From: a phage
Length of the DNA stretch: 46,166 nucleotides
Reading direction: 5' to 3' (one strand)
Assembly: GCA_017760785.1 (NCBI GenBank)
Contig: GCA_017760785.1_4320.1
Below are positions 1 through 8,845 of this stretch, one piece after another. Positions within the stretch are counted from its first letter, which is position 1; every line of letters starts with the position of its first letter. The position numbers and the translations under genes were made by a program. The notes under the pieces are model-generated. The model was given only the letters and a program-made list of their open reading frames with translations. It had not been told where the DNA came from and ran no database searches.

Positions 1-38
1 AAAAAAAAGGATGTACCGATTATGGCACATCCAATTCT

Positions 39-512
39 TTACTCTTTAGCTTTTAGTGCTGCTTCGTTAGCGGCCTTAATCTTGCGCCATGATCGACACT
101 CTGGCTTGGTTGCCAATTCTGCCTCCGTGACAACGCGAAGCATATGACGCTTCTTACACCGTAGTGTAAGAGGCTTTCCGTTACCGTCGAATTGCAGGTC
201 TGGTCGGCAGAATGTGGCGCGAAAACCTTCTCCAGTTCGTTTGTAGTAGTTGTGCGATAGCTGGGCTCCACGTGCGGAAATCATACCACGATTAAACCAC
301 TCCTCTACAGCCTGGGGCGTCACCTTTAGCTGTTTTGCGATATTCGCCTTTGTGCCGAAGAAGTCAAGGAGCATCTCAAGCCGTGCGCGCAACCCAGCTC
401 TTACCTCATCTTTTAAAACGTAGTAGCCTGAGGGTCGTTTTCGTTTCTTTTTGTCTTCAGTCCGGACTGTTCCGTTATTTCCGTTAAGAGTACGCTTATC
501 AACTGCATTCAT
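39..512 (-). CDS. hypothetical Lys/Arg-rich protein, possibly nucleic-acid binding
   Basis: 157-aa ORF; ATG at 512 preceded by GAGGT; divergent from helicase gene. Confidence 0.5.
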   Translation of the reverse strand: MNAVDKRTLNGNNGTVRTEDKKKRKRPSGYYVLKDEVRAGLRARLEMLLDFFGTKANIAKQLKVTPQAVEEWFNRGMISARGAQLSHNYYKRTGEGFRATFCRPDLQFDGNGKPLTLRCKKRHMLRVVTEAELATKPECRSWRKIKAANEAALKAKE

Positions 513-613
513 TTCATTACCTCAATAGCATTTTTTGTTAAAAGTCATTCCGATTTGATGGTAGTATTGTACTCAATTAAACGCTACAAGACAATTTTTA
601 TAGGAATTTAGAT

Positions 614-2608
614 ATGTTGCCTATCGAGAAGCTGGTTGCAAACTTCGATAAAGAAAGAATCAAACAGATTCAGAAAGATTATCAGTTTGGTGAGATAACT
701 CCTTACGAATTCCAGTGCGTAACATTTGATGCAATCGGAAAGGCTATTGGGAAGTATGAGTCTCCATTTATCGCTGACCTTTCCGTATCGGCTGGTAAGA
801 CAATCATTCTTGCTATGATAGGAAAGCGCATGGAGCAGCTTGGTCTTCCTTATATGGTTTTATCTCGCCAGTCAGAGATAATCAGCCAGAACTCAGAAGA
901 GCTTCGAAACTTCGGCATCCGTAATAGCGTCTATTGCGCTGGCCTTAACGTTAAATCAGTTTACTATCCAACCATAGTGGCTAGCGAAGGTACGGCAGCC
1001 AACGGCTTATTTAAGGGGCTTGGTGACTATGTTCCGGCGGTTATCGCTATCGATGAATGTCACATGGTGGATCACATGGATATCGTGGAAGCCGAAGAGA
1101 ATGAAGAAACATTTGAGCAAATGAGCACAAAGAAAGGTGAGATGGTATTTAAGGATGGCATAAATACCGGATTGCTTGGCACTGGTCGTGCGCAGTATAC
1201 GCTAATCATTACTGAAATGAAACGCCGTTGTCGTGAGAAGTACGGTCGCGAGCTTAGGATTTTTGGACTAACTGGAAGCCCGTATCGTAACAACGATCAC
1301 ATAGTGGTTAGCAATCCAAATGTTCGTGGATTCTGGCGCAAAACTGTAATACAAGTACCAACCAATTACCTGGTTGATTTGGGATTCGTGGTACCAACTG
1401 TTTACGGTGAAGTTGGCGATTTGGGTTACGACCTTAGCGAATTTGCGCCAGACGGTAGTGATGGTGTTAAAGACTTCAGCAAGAAAGAAATGGATGCGAT
1501 GCAGGAAAAAATTCATCAAAACCAGTCCATGACTCAAAAGATTATACAGTTCGCAGCCAAGTTTATGGAAACTCGTAACGCAGCACTAGTAACTTGCTCA
1601 GGCAAGCGGCATTGCGAGGAAGCAGCCGCGTCGCTTCCTGAGGGTGTAACCTGGGCTATAGTAACTGACTCTACTGGTGAGAAAAAGCGTCGTGAGATTC
1701 TTTCTGACGCAGCTGAAGGTAAGTATAAATTCATCTTTCAGATTGGTTGCCTCACAACCGGCGTGAACGTTCCGCCATGGGACACGTCAATAATTCTTCG
1801 CAAGGTTGGTAGCATCACGTTACTGATTCAGCTTTTGGGGCGAGGTATGCGAATTCTTAAGAAGAAGCATAAGGAAATGGGAATGGTTAAGGATGATCAC
1901 GTGGTGCTGGACTTCGCTGGTACTCTTGATGACATTGCGGAATTGTACTTTGACCCAATCATAGAGGAAGTGCAGGACCAGAAATTTAAGTCTTCACGCA
2001 AAGGCGGCGATAAGCCAAGAATATGTCAGGCCTGTAGTTACGAGAACTCTCCTTTTGCTCGTCGTTGCAATAACGTAATTGACGGGAAGCGTTGTGAGCA
2101 TTTTTTTACATTTCGCTTATGTGAAGATATAGAGGACCCGCAGACAAAAGTTACTATTAAGAAGGGTTGTGGTGAAAAGAATGATATCGCCGCTAAAAAC
2201 TGCCGATGCTGCGGAGAGATGCTTATTGACCCCAACGCTAATCTGACTGGAAAGATGTATCGCCGTGGTGATTACCTTCGCGTTTATGACTTCCAGATTG
2301 GATTGAGTAAGAATCAAACCGGAATTGTTGTTAAGTACAATATCATGGCTCATAACGGAGAGCGGTTTAATGCTTGGGAGTTCTTTAACCCCGAGTCTGA
2401 CCATCGAGTTTGTGGCGTGCTGTGGAAAAACTTTTGCCTTGCTCATATTGAGAATCGCACAGAGGCAGCACGGATTGGTAGGCTGAAAAATGCCAGGATG
2501 ATTATGACTAACGTAGATAAGTTCCGTGCTCCTGTTCAGGTTACTCATCGCAGGAATGGCAAAGGAAAGGACGTGATCGCGTTTAAGAATTTTGGAGAAT
2601 TATTATGA
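614..2608 (+). CDS. SF2 DNA helicase with C-terminal Cys-rich zinc-ribbon region
   Basis: Walker A SAGKT, DECH box, several CxxC pairs near C-terminus; 664 aa. Confidence 0.8.
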   Translation: MLPIEKLVANFDKERIKQIQKDYQFGEITPYEFQCVTFDAIGKAIGKYESPFIADLSVSAGKTIILAMIGKRMEQLGLPYMVLSRQSEIISQNSEELRNFGIRNSVYCAGLNVKSVYYPTIVASEGTAANGLFKGLGDYVPAVIAIDECHMVDHMDIVEAEENEETFEQMSTKKGEMVFKDGINTGLLGTGRAQYTLIITEMKRRCREKYGRELRIFGLTGSPYRNNDHIVVSNPNVRGFWRKTVIQVPTNYLVDLGFVVPTVYGEVGDLGYDLSEFAPDGSDGVKDFSKKEMDAMQEKIHQNQSMTQKIIQFAAKFMETRNAALVTCSGKRHCEEAAASLPEGVTWAIVTDSTGEKKRREILSDAAEGKYKFIFQIGCLTTGVNVPPWDTSIILRKVGSITLLIQLLGRGMRILKKKHKEMGMVKDDHVVLDFAGTLDDIAELYFDPIIEEVQDQKFKSSRKGGDKPRICQACSYENSPFARRCNNVIDGKRCEHFFTFRLCEDIEDPQTKVTIKKGCGEKNDIAAKNCRCCGEMLIDPNANLTGKMYRRGDYLRVYDFQIGLSKNQTGIVVKYNIMAHNGERFNAWEFFNPESDHRVCGVLWKNFCLAHIENRTEAARIGRLKNARMIMTNVDKFRAPVQVTHRRNGKGKDVIAFKNFGELL

Positions 2609-3024
2609 AAATTACAGATAAAGAAGATTACATTGAGTTTTACCCTGGGCCAGTAAAGTCTTGCCCGAAAGAGGATGAAGAACAAATCTTTTGCTCTGAT
2701 TGGGTTAAGTATAACTACCCAGATATGGTATTTTTCCACTGCGTGAATGAGGGAAAGAAAACCATTGGTCAAGCAAGAAAAGACCAGGCTAAGGGTCTTC
2801 TCAAGGGCGTATCAGACTGCGTATTTATGATTCCAGAGAAATACCGTGGCAACTACTCATTTGGAGCCATAGAGCTAAAGAGGGCTGGGAAAACACAGGC
2901 CATCCCAGTTAGTGATGAACAGAAGTCCTTCCTCAAAAGCGTAAGAGAATCAGGTGGCTTCGCCGCAGTGGCCTACGGGCGGGAGGGTTTTTTATCTGCG
3001 TTTAAAGAAATGATTTCAAAATAG
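2605..3024 (+). CDS. VRR-NUC-like PD-(D/E)xK nuclease
   Basis: ATGA overlap with helicase stop; D...ELK motif; 139 aa. Confidence 0.55.
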   Translation: MKITDKEDYIEFYPGPVKSCPKEDEEQIFCSDWVKYNYPDMVFFHCVNEGKKTIGQARKDQAKGLLKGVSDCVFMIPEKYRGNYSFGAIELKRAGKTQAIPVSDEQKSFLKSVRESGGFAAVAYGREGFLSAFKEMISK

Positions 3025-3064
3025 CACTAATTGCTAAAGACGTTTCGGTGAGTTGGTGTATTAT
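3022..3064 (+). promoter_or_regulatory. motif-type promoter (TAGCACTAATTGCTA, 22 bp, TATTAT)
   Basis: palindrome plus spaced -10; CATCGAAACGA leader follows. Confidence 0.55.
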
Positions 3065-3102
3065 CTATTCATCGAAACGAAACGCACAAAGAGAGAAAGA
3101 AA

Positions 3103-3297
3103 ATGGCTACTATCTTTACTGGTAAAATCTACGAATCACGCAAAACTGGTTATGAATATGAATTAGCAATCACCGCTGAGGGTTATGTTCTTGACGATGG
3201 TGAAGGTTATGCATTCGAAGTTAGCCCAACATACAAAGACGACCTGGAAACTGTTAAAAACGCATATGGTGAAAAATTTGATGAGGTATCGGAATAA
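3103..3297 (+). CDS. hypothetical small protein
   Basis: ORF preceded by TAGCAC motif promoter and purine-rich SD. Confidence 0.5.
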   Translation: MATIFTGKIYESRKTGYEYELAITAEGYVLDDGEGYAFEVSPTYKDDLETVKNAYGEKFDEVSE

Positions 3298-3521
3298 TGG
3301 CAATTTTTACATTTGAAAATCAATGGGAAGTTTTCCAGACGATGGTTGTTGAGGAGCTCAGCAAAGCTAAGTATAACAAGGGGGATGCGTGGTATTTGGC
3401 TGCATCACTTGATATGAGTTTCGAGGAAGACTACCTGAACACCGATATTGAAACATGGCGTGACCGTATGGTTGCTGATATCGAAGAAATGAAGAAAGAT
3501 TGCCCGGAGGATTTCTTATGA
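3297..3521 (+). CDS. hypothetical small protein
   Basis: ORF; start overlaps previous stop. Confidence 0.45.
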   Translation: MAIFTFENQWEVFQTMVVEELSKAKYNKGDAWYLAASLDMSFEEDYLNTDIETWRDRMVADIEEMKKDCPEDFL

Positions 3522-3706
3522 TTGGCATCTGCGTAGAAACAAATGGCCACTTTACACTGCTTGAGGATTACGAAATTAATTTCGATTCATACTCAATAAC
3601 ATTGCTAAGCGACTTCGGGTGTTATTGGTTCATTTATGATCAAGGTGATGGTTACTACGGTTGCGTAGATGCAAACGGAAAAGAAGTTAGTTTTTTGGTT
3701 GAATAG
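3518..3706 (+). CDS. hypothetical small protein
   Basis: ATGA overlap with previous stop; ends in TAG of next motif. Confidence 0.4.
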   Translation: MIGICVETNGHFTLLEDYEINFDSYSITLLSDFGCYWFIYDQGDGYYGCVDANGKEVSFLVE

Positions 3707-3748
3707 CACCCTTATTTGTCATTGGTGCAGCATGTAAATTTATATAAT
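3704..3748 (+). promoter_or_regulatory. variant motif promoter (TAGCAC half-site, TATAAT)
   Basis: half motif plus -10 before 3763 ORF. Confidence 0.4.
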
Positions 3749-3762
3749 TAGGAGTATACAAC

Positions 3763-3891
3763 ATGAATAAGGCAAAAATTATCGCTGATATGCTTAAGAT
3801 TGCCGACCGTCTGAATAAAATCGTTGCGGAGATGGAGATCAGAAAGCAAGACATGATCACCAAATCCAAACGACAAACCTCCACTCTTTGA
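3763..3891 (+). CDS. hypothetical 42-aa protein
   Basis: hand-translated ORF below track cutoff; own motif promoter and AGGAG SD. Confidence 0.4.
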   Translation: MNKAKIIADMLKIADRLNKIVAEMEIRKQDMITKSKRQTSTL

Positions 3892-3896
3892 ATAGA

Positions 3897-3939
3897 TAGC
3901 ACTTTTTGTTAAAACTAAAATCCACGGATGGATTATATT
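3897..3939 (+). promoter_or_regulatory. motif-type promoter (TAGCACTTTTTGTTAA, TATATT)
   Basis: motif plus -10 at standard spacing. Confidence 0.5.
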
Positions 3940-3971
3940 AAACACATCAGCAACGAAGAGGATTTTGAATA

Positions 3972-4097
3972 ATGAAAATTGTAGACAAAGAGATTTTCGA
4001 GATTGCGAAGATTTATGCAAAACAAGCAGTTAGGGATAATGACAATTATTGCTGGATGTTCGCTAAAGAATACCTGAAAATGGCTTACGGATTATGA
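3972..4097 (+). CDS. hypothetical 41-aa protein
   Basis: hand-translated ORF below track cutoff; motif promoter at 3897. Confidence 0.4.
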   Translation: MKIVDKEIFEIAKIYAKQAVRDNDNYCWMFAKEYLKMAYGL

Positions 4098-4342
4098 TAG
4101 TTGAAACCGGACGCGCCGCTGTATGGGCGCATTGTGGAGAGGCTGGCTTGCAAGATGACATTAAGCATATATCCAGCTTCTTTTACATAAAAGACATTAG
4201 TGTCGTGTTCAATGGCAAATTCTCTTACATGAATGAGCGCCCAAGAAAATACGTAAGAGTTAAGCCAGGTGTTAGAATTGATGTTAACGAGTTCCTTAAA
4301 TCTGAGGGATTCAAGTTTAAGATAACGAAGCCCAAGGGTTGA
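4094..4342 (+). CDS. hypothetical small protein
   Basis: ORF; start overlaps previous stop. Confidence 0.4.
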   Translation: MIVETGRAAVWAHCGEAGLQDDIKHISSFFYIKDISVVFNGKFSYMNERPRKYVRVKPGVRIDVNEFLKSEGFKFKITKPKG

Positions 4343-4344
4343 TC

Positions 4345-4491
4345 ATGAAGCCGCACGAATATTCAGCGTTAGTTAATGGGTTGCTTGAGGTTGCTATAAA
4401 ATTCAAGGATACGCAGCAGTTAAGAGAGCAGCTATCACGAGAATTTTCAAGGCATGGTATTAGACCGAACCATAAGATGAAAAAGGATTGA
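4345..4491 (+). CDS. hypothetical 48-aa protein
   Basis: hand-translated ORF between track ORFs. Confidence 0.35.
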   Translation: MKPHEYSALVNGLLEVAIKFKDTQQLREQLSREFSRHGIRPNHKMKKD

Positions 4492-4493
4492 GT

Positions 4494-4745
4494 ATGTTGG
4501 GTTTAGATTTTCAGCCAGAGCATTACGATTTAGTGCATGGGCAAAGTGGTGCGAAGTTTAGAGCGATACCTATTACTGATTGGTTCCCTCCGGACTATGT
4601 GGACGTGAACGCAAAAACTAAAGAATGTAAGTTGGTCCAGATTTATTATTCTCCAGCGTGTGGAAACCTTTGCATGACTGACCTTGAACAGAAGCTAACA
4701 ATTAGTGCTGATTTGATTGACTACTGGTTAAAAGAAGTTGAATGA
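4494..4745 (+). CDS. hypothetical small protein
   Basis: ORF; first ATG at 4494 (track start 4488 is TTG). Confidence 0.45.
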   Translation: MLGLDFQPEHYDLVHGQSGAKFRAIPITDWFPPDYVDVNAKTKECKLVQIYYSPACGNLCMTDLEQKLTISADLIDYWLKEVE

Positions 4746-4828
4746 GAGCCCTAACACTAGTAGCATTAGTCCCACTGTTTAGCTTTACTATCTTACACTT
4801 TATCGTAATGAATTAAGGAACTTATATA

Positions 4829-5959
4829 ATGGCAACTGCAAAGATTAGCAACGGACAACTACGCGAAGAACTGGCAAATGGCATGACCAACAAGGCAATC
4901 GCAGAGAAGTACGGAATGAACATTCGCAACGTTGAATTGCGTCGCAGTAAATTGGCTAAGAGTGGAGAGTTGCACGGGAACCCAGGTATCAAGAAGTTAG
5001 TTCCTGACGGTTATTTGGTCAAAGGTACGTCAACCATGATTGATGCTGATGGAAACGAGAAGATTCGCTGGGTTAAGACCTCAATTGATAATGAGCGACT
5101 TGAGGTTTTAATGGAGCAAGCTCGAGAAGCATTCTGTTCTGAGTTGCCAAAAGCAGATGTAGTCACCCACTCAGGTAATGAAGTTAACTCAGAACTAATG
5201 ACTCTTTATCCGATTTTCGATATTCATATCGGTATGATGGCACATCGTCATGAGTCTGGTGAGAATTATGACACGAACACCGCAGAGGAATTAATGGCAT
5301 CATATTTTGACCATTCAATTTCTGTATCTCCAGCCTCAGGGAAAGCCGTGATTTTAGTTGGTGGCGACTTCCTTCACTCTGATGGACTGGAAGCGGTAAC
5401 TCCATCAAGTGGTCACTGCCTTGATCAAGATAGTCGATATGCTAAGTTAGTTTATGTGGCAATTCGCTCAATTCGCGGCGCTGTAGAGAAGATGCTTAAG
5501 AAGCACAGGGAGGTCGAGATTCAAATCATAGAGGGGAACCATGACCAAAGTGGCATGATTTGGCTTCGCGCAGCAATGGCTGCATTTTATGAAAACGAGA
5601 GTCGCGTGCTTGTTGATACCAGTCCGGCAATCATGCATAAAACACGATTTGGCTCAACATTGCTTGGTTACACTCATGGCCACACCATGAAGAAAGCCGA
5701 TGGTCGACTTGCAGCAATGGCAACTGACTACCGAAAAGACTTTGGTGAATGTGAATTTGTTTACTGCCACTCCGGCCATTTCCATCATGCCACTGTTACA
5801 GAGTGCACTCTCGGGATTGATGAGGTTCATCCAGCCCTGGCTAGTAAGGACGCATATGCGGCGCGTGGAGGGTGGCGTTCATATCGACAAGCGGCTGCAA
5901 TTGTTTACCACAAGAACTTTGGCGAGGTTGGTCGACACATTTATCGACCTGGCATGTAA
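4829..5959 (+). CDS. calcineurin-like metallophosphoesterase with N-terminal HTH-like region
   Basis: motifs DIHIG, GGDFLHSDG, GNHD, GHxH; 376 aa. Confidence 0.65.
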   Translation: MATAKISNGQLREELANGMTNKAIAEKYGMNIRNVELRRSKLAKSGELHGNPGIKKLVPDGYLVKGTSTMIDADGNEKIRWVKTSIDNERLEVLMEQAREAFCSELPKADVVTHSGNEVNSELMTLYPIFDIHIGMMAHRHESGENYDTNTAEELMASYFDHSISVSPASGKAVILVGGDFLHSDGLEAVTPSSGHCLDQDSRYAKLVYVAIRSIRGAVEKMLKKHREVEIQIIEGNHDQSGMIWLRAAMAAFYENESRVLVDTSPAIMHKTRFGSTLLGYTHGHTMKKADGRLAAMATDYRKDFGECEFVYCHSGHFHHATVTECTLGIDEVHPALASKDAYAARGGWRSYRQAAAIVYHKNFGEVGRHIYRPGM

Positions 5960-5960
5960 A

Positions 5961-5976
5961 TAGCACCTTTTGTTAA
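5961..5976 (+). promoter_or_regulatory. motif copy TAGCACCTTTTGTTAA, -10 unclear
   Basis: motif after stop of 4829-5959; hairpin downstream. Confidence 0.35.
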
Positions 5977-6032
5977 TAAAGCCTCAAAGGATTGAGGCAA
6001 AATAAATAAACATTAACGAGATGAGATTTTAA

Positions 6033-6506
6033 ATGATTTACGTATTTGATATCGATGGAACAATAGCTAATAATGAGCATAGAAGTCACCTTCTACCATC
6101 TAGTAACCTTCACCTGACTTCAAGTTGGAGCAATTACAACAGGGCCTGCTGGGGTGATTCCCCAATAATTCCAATGATAAACATGATGAATACGTTAGCC
6201 GACTTATCGCCAGTTTACATCATTACCTCAAGAAGTGACGAAGTTGAATGGATGACGCTTGAGTGGCTTCAGGATAATGATATTGAGTATGATTCTATAT
6301 ACATGAGAAGTCGACATGACAACAGAAAAGATTACAAAATGAAAGAGGAATGGCTTAATGAAATCAGTGGTGGCGATAAAAGCAATGTGGTTATTTTTGA
6401 AGATAACCCACAAGTAATTAAGCACCTAAGAAGTTGCGGATACACCGTTATGGCTGTATGTGAATATGAAAAACTACCTAAAGATTGCGAATCTCACGGA
6501 GAATGA
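6033..6506 (+). CDS. HAD-family phosphatase
   Basis: N-terminal FDIDGT motif; 157 aa. Confidence 0.6.
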   Translation: MIYVFDIDGTIANNEHRSHLLPSSNLHLTSSWSNYNRACWGDSPIIPMINMMNTLADLSPVYIITSRSDEVEWMTLEWLQDNDIEYDSIYMRSRHDNRKDYKMKEEWLNEISGGDKSNVVIFEDNPQVIKHLRSCGYTVMAVCEYEKLPKDCESHGE

Positions 6507-7063
6507 AAATGACTAAATTATTTATACTTAATGGCCCAGCTGGAGTTGGTAAGGACACTATAGCGGATATCATGGTTGAGACCGGTGTAGCCAAAGAAAA
6601 GGTATCATTCAAGTCACCAATGTTTAACGTTGCAAAAGGAATGCTATCAAGCGATGAATTTGATGGATTCATCAAGAATTACGACAATAGAGACTATAAG
6701 GAATCACCTCATGGATTTCTTGTCGGTATGACAGTTCGTGAATTTATGATTTGGATTAGCGAGTCTGTAATGAAGCCAGTCTTTGGTGATGATGTTTTCG
6801 GTAAAAGGCTAGCCCAGTCACTTGGTGATGGTTGCTACATTTGCGCTGACGGTGGATTTGCTAGCGAGATTAAGCCACTGATCGACTCTGGTGTTGAGGT
6901 CACGTTAATCAGATTGCATAGGTCAGAGTACACATTTGATGGCGATAGTCGCTCATACATTCACGGTGTGTGCGCAAGAGAAATTGATGTTCGTGTTATT
7001 AGTGGTGATATTGATGGAACATCAGCATTGGTAAGGCACGTAATAAATAGCACTAATTGCTAA
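6503..7063 (+). CDS. P-loop nucleotide/polynucleotide kinase-like protein
   Basis: Walker A GPAGVGKDT; ATGA overlap with phosphatase stop. Confidence 0.55.
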   Translation: MKMTKLFILNGPAGVGKDTIADIMVETGVAKEKVSFKSPMFNVAKGMLSSDEFDGFIKNYDNRDYKESPHGFLVGMTVREFMIWISESVMKPVFGDDVFGKRLAQSLGDGCYICADGGFASEIKPLIDSGVEVTLIRLHRSEYTFDGDSRSYIHGVCAREIDVRVISGDIDGTSALVRHVINSTNC

Positions 7064-7090
7064 GAATTATAAATATCAATGCGGCACAAT
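7048..7090 (+). promoter_or_regulatory. motif-type promoter (TAGCACTAATTGCTAA, weak -10 CACAAT)
   Basis: motif then CATCGAAAAC leader before 7122. Confidence 0.45.
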
Positions 7091-7121
7091 TACCACATCG
7101 AAAACAACAGAGGGTTCAAAA

Positions 7122-7295
7122 ATGACTAAATTATACTGCGTTAAAAACAACTACAAGACGCTGCCATTTACCGTTAACCATCCTTACAATGCGGAGTACC
7201 AGGGTGATGGATATTACAAGATTTACGGCGACGATATGACGCACATCTTAGCGCCAATTGATGGTTCTTTGGTTGAATTTATTATCGCAGACTAG
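7122..7295 (+). CDS. hypothetical 57-aa protein
   Basis: hand-translated ORF; motif promoter upstream, terminator downstream. Confidence 0.45.
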   Translation: MTKLYCVKNNYKTLPFTVNHPYNAEYQGDGYYKIYGDDMTHILAPIDGSLVEFIIAD

Positions 7296-7318
7296 CGCAT
7301 CTAAAACATAGCTTTACA

Positions 7319-7347
7319 AGCGGGGGGCCTTTTGGCCCCCCTTTTTA
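7319..7347 (+). terminator. rho-independent terminator
   Basis: GGGGGGCC/GGCCCCCC stem, TTTT loop, T-run. Confidence 0.7.
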
Positions 7348-7413
7348 TGCTTCTTTTCCGAGCAGTGCTAATGTATCATTCTTTTACTAACTTAAACATT
7401 GACAAATACATAA

Positions 7414-7641
7414 ATGGAGGATCACATGAGGGAAGTAATCAATGCTGCTACGGCGTCAACTGGAGGGGCAGCGGTAACTGGTGCGGCAACTGGTCAGATG
7501 ACCATAGCGATAATCAGCCTTATCGCTTTAATCATTTTTGGTGCCTGGGGCGCTTACTGGAAGTTCAAAGATAGCCAGGCGATTCGAAGAGCGCTTGAAT
7601 CGGGAGACTTGAAAACAGCAATCAATATAAGGAGCAAATAA
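7414..7641 (+). CDS. holin, pinholin-like, possible dual start
   Basis: two Met three codons apart (7414, 7426); weak Gly/Ala-rich TMD1 plus hydrophobic TMD2; directly precedes endolysin. Confidence 0.6.
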   Translation: MEDHMREVINAATASTGGAAVTGAATGQMTIAIISLIALIIFGAWGAYWKFKDSQAIRRALESGDLKTAINIRSK

Positions 7642-8127
7642 ATGAAGCAGAAGCTGCTAATTAGCGCGGCTACGGCTGCGGCAATATACATCGCAGCTCC
7701 GCTTATTGAGCTCGTTGAGGGTGTGGAGAACAAGCCTTACATGGACATTGCCGGAATCCCTACAGTTTGTTCCGGTATTACCGGTCCAGATGTGGTCTGG
7801 GGTAAAACGTACAGCAACAGGGAATGCCGGAACCTGCTGGAGAAGCACATCAAGATTCATGCTAAGTATGTTCAGGATGCTGTAACCTACCCAATTGCAC
7901 CGCAGACAAGGGCGGCGTTAATCAGCTTTAGCTACAATGTTGGTGGTTCAGCGATGAGGAAATCAACTGCCGTTAAGTTAATTAACCAGGGTAAGATTGA
8001 GCGGGGTTGCAAGGCTCTCGGTATGTGGACAAAGGCTACAGTTAATGGCAGGAAGGTTGTCGTTAAGGGTTTAGTAAATCGCAGGAATGAGGAGATTAAG
8101 TTATGTTTAAGCGGATTGCAGCGTTAG
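7642..8127 (+). CDS. SAR endolysin, T4-lysozyme family
   Basis: N-terminal Ala/Gly-rich signal-anchor; catalytic E-x8-D-x5-T spacing. Confidence 0.75.
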   Translation: MKQKLLISAATAAAIYIAAPLIELVEGVENKPYMDIAGIPTVCSGITGPDVVWGKTYSNRECRNLLEKHIKIHAKYVQDAVTYPIAPQTRAALISFSYNVGGSAMRKSTAVKLINQGKIERGCKALGMWTKATVNGRKVVVKGLVNRRNEEIKLCLSGLQR

Positions 8128-8492
8128 TAATGTGCGTAGCTTTGTCTGGATGCTCAGCAACATCCGCACTGACCGGATTAATTGGCAGTAAGCCAGAGGT
8201 TAGCGCCCAGGCTGGCGCCGAGAACAATAAGGTTGGTGTTGGGTTAACGAACAAGTTTGACTCCAGCAACTCCAGTGAAGCCACGGTTAAAGATTCTAAG
8301 GTTGGGTCACTGGATAGCTCGAGCGGAAAAAAGACTGCTGACAACTCGATTAAGGCCTCAAGAATCACTGCCGAAAAGATTGAAATTACCAATAACGAAT
8401 CATCCGCGCTTCCGTGGGTTGGAACGGGAGCTATGGGGTTGCTGGTTTTAATTCTCATGGCATTAATCTTAAGACGTAAAAAAGCCTCCTAA
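8103..8492 (+). CDS. unimolecular spanin-like lipoprotein
   Basis: N-terminal lipobox LSGC plus C-terminal TMD and basic tail; overlaps endolysin end. Confidence 0.6.
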   Translation: MFKRIAALVMCVALSGCSATSALTGLIGSKPEVSAQAGAENNKVGVGLTNKFDSSNSSEATVKDSKVGSLDSSSGKKTADNSIKASRITAEKIEITNNESSALPWVGTGAMGLLVLILMALILRRKKAS

Positions 8493-8510
8493 TGGAGGCT
8501 ATATTTTTAG
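8480..8510. terminator. bidirectional terminator between spanin and minus-strand block
   Basis: AGCCTCC-TAAT-GGAGGCT with A-run before and T-run after. Confidence 0.65.
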
Positions 8511-8842
8511 CTAAATAACTCGTCGTCAGTCATTCCTCCTATATTCATCATCTCTTTTATGTACTTGCTTTGATACCCGTTAAGTGACTCAAAGCTAAAC
8601 TCAAATGGCCTCTTCAAGCTCCCCTTGCTAACAAACTCGCCGCACTTACCATCAATATATCCTGCAGTAAGCATCTTCGCGCAAAACTCCTTTGATGCAG
8701 CGCTGCAAAACTCTCTATGCGATAACCCTGCAGCTTTGCTGAATCTCTGAGAATCCTTGTGTTGGTAGATGAATCGCGCCAAATGCTGGCGCCTAAAGTA
8801 ACTAAAACTTTCACAGAACTTAAATATATCGAGCAGGAACAT
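8507..8842 (-). CDS. hypothetical protein
   Basis: 111-aa ORF downstream of ATPase gene on same strand. Confidence 0.45.
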   Translation of the reverse strand: MFLLDIFKFCESFSYFRRQHLARFIYQHKDSQRFSKAAGLSHREFCSAASKEFCAKMLTAGYIDGKCGEFVSKGSLKRPFEFSFESLNGYQSKYIKEMMNIGGMTDDELFS

Positions 8843-8845
8843 TCG

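Noticed and set aside
1072-2548. Several antisense ORFs (1072-1293, 1268-1537, 1534-1734, 2038-2235, 2117-2548) inside the helicase gene
   Set aside because: Fully embedded opposite a long motif-rich gene, no ribosome-binding sites, low-complexity translations; shadow ORFs. The same applies to antisense ORFs inside the terminase, portal, tape measure and gpJ-like genes.
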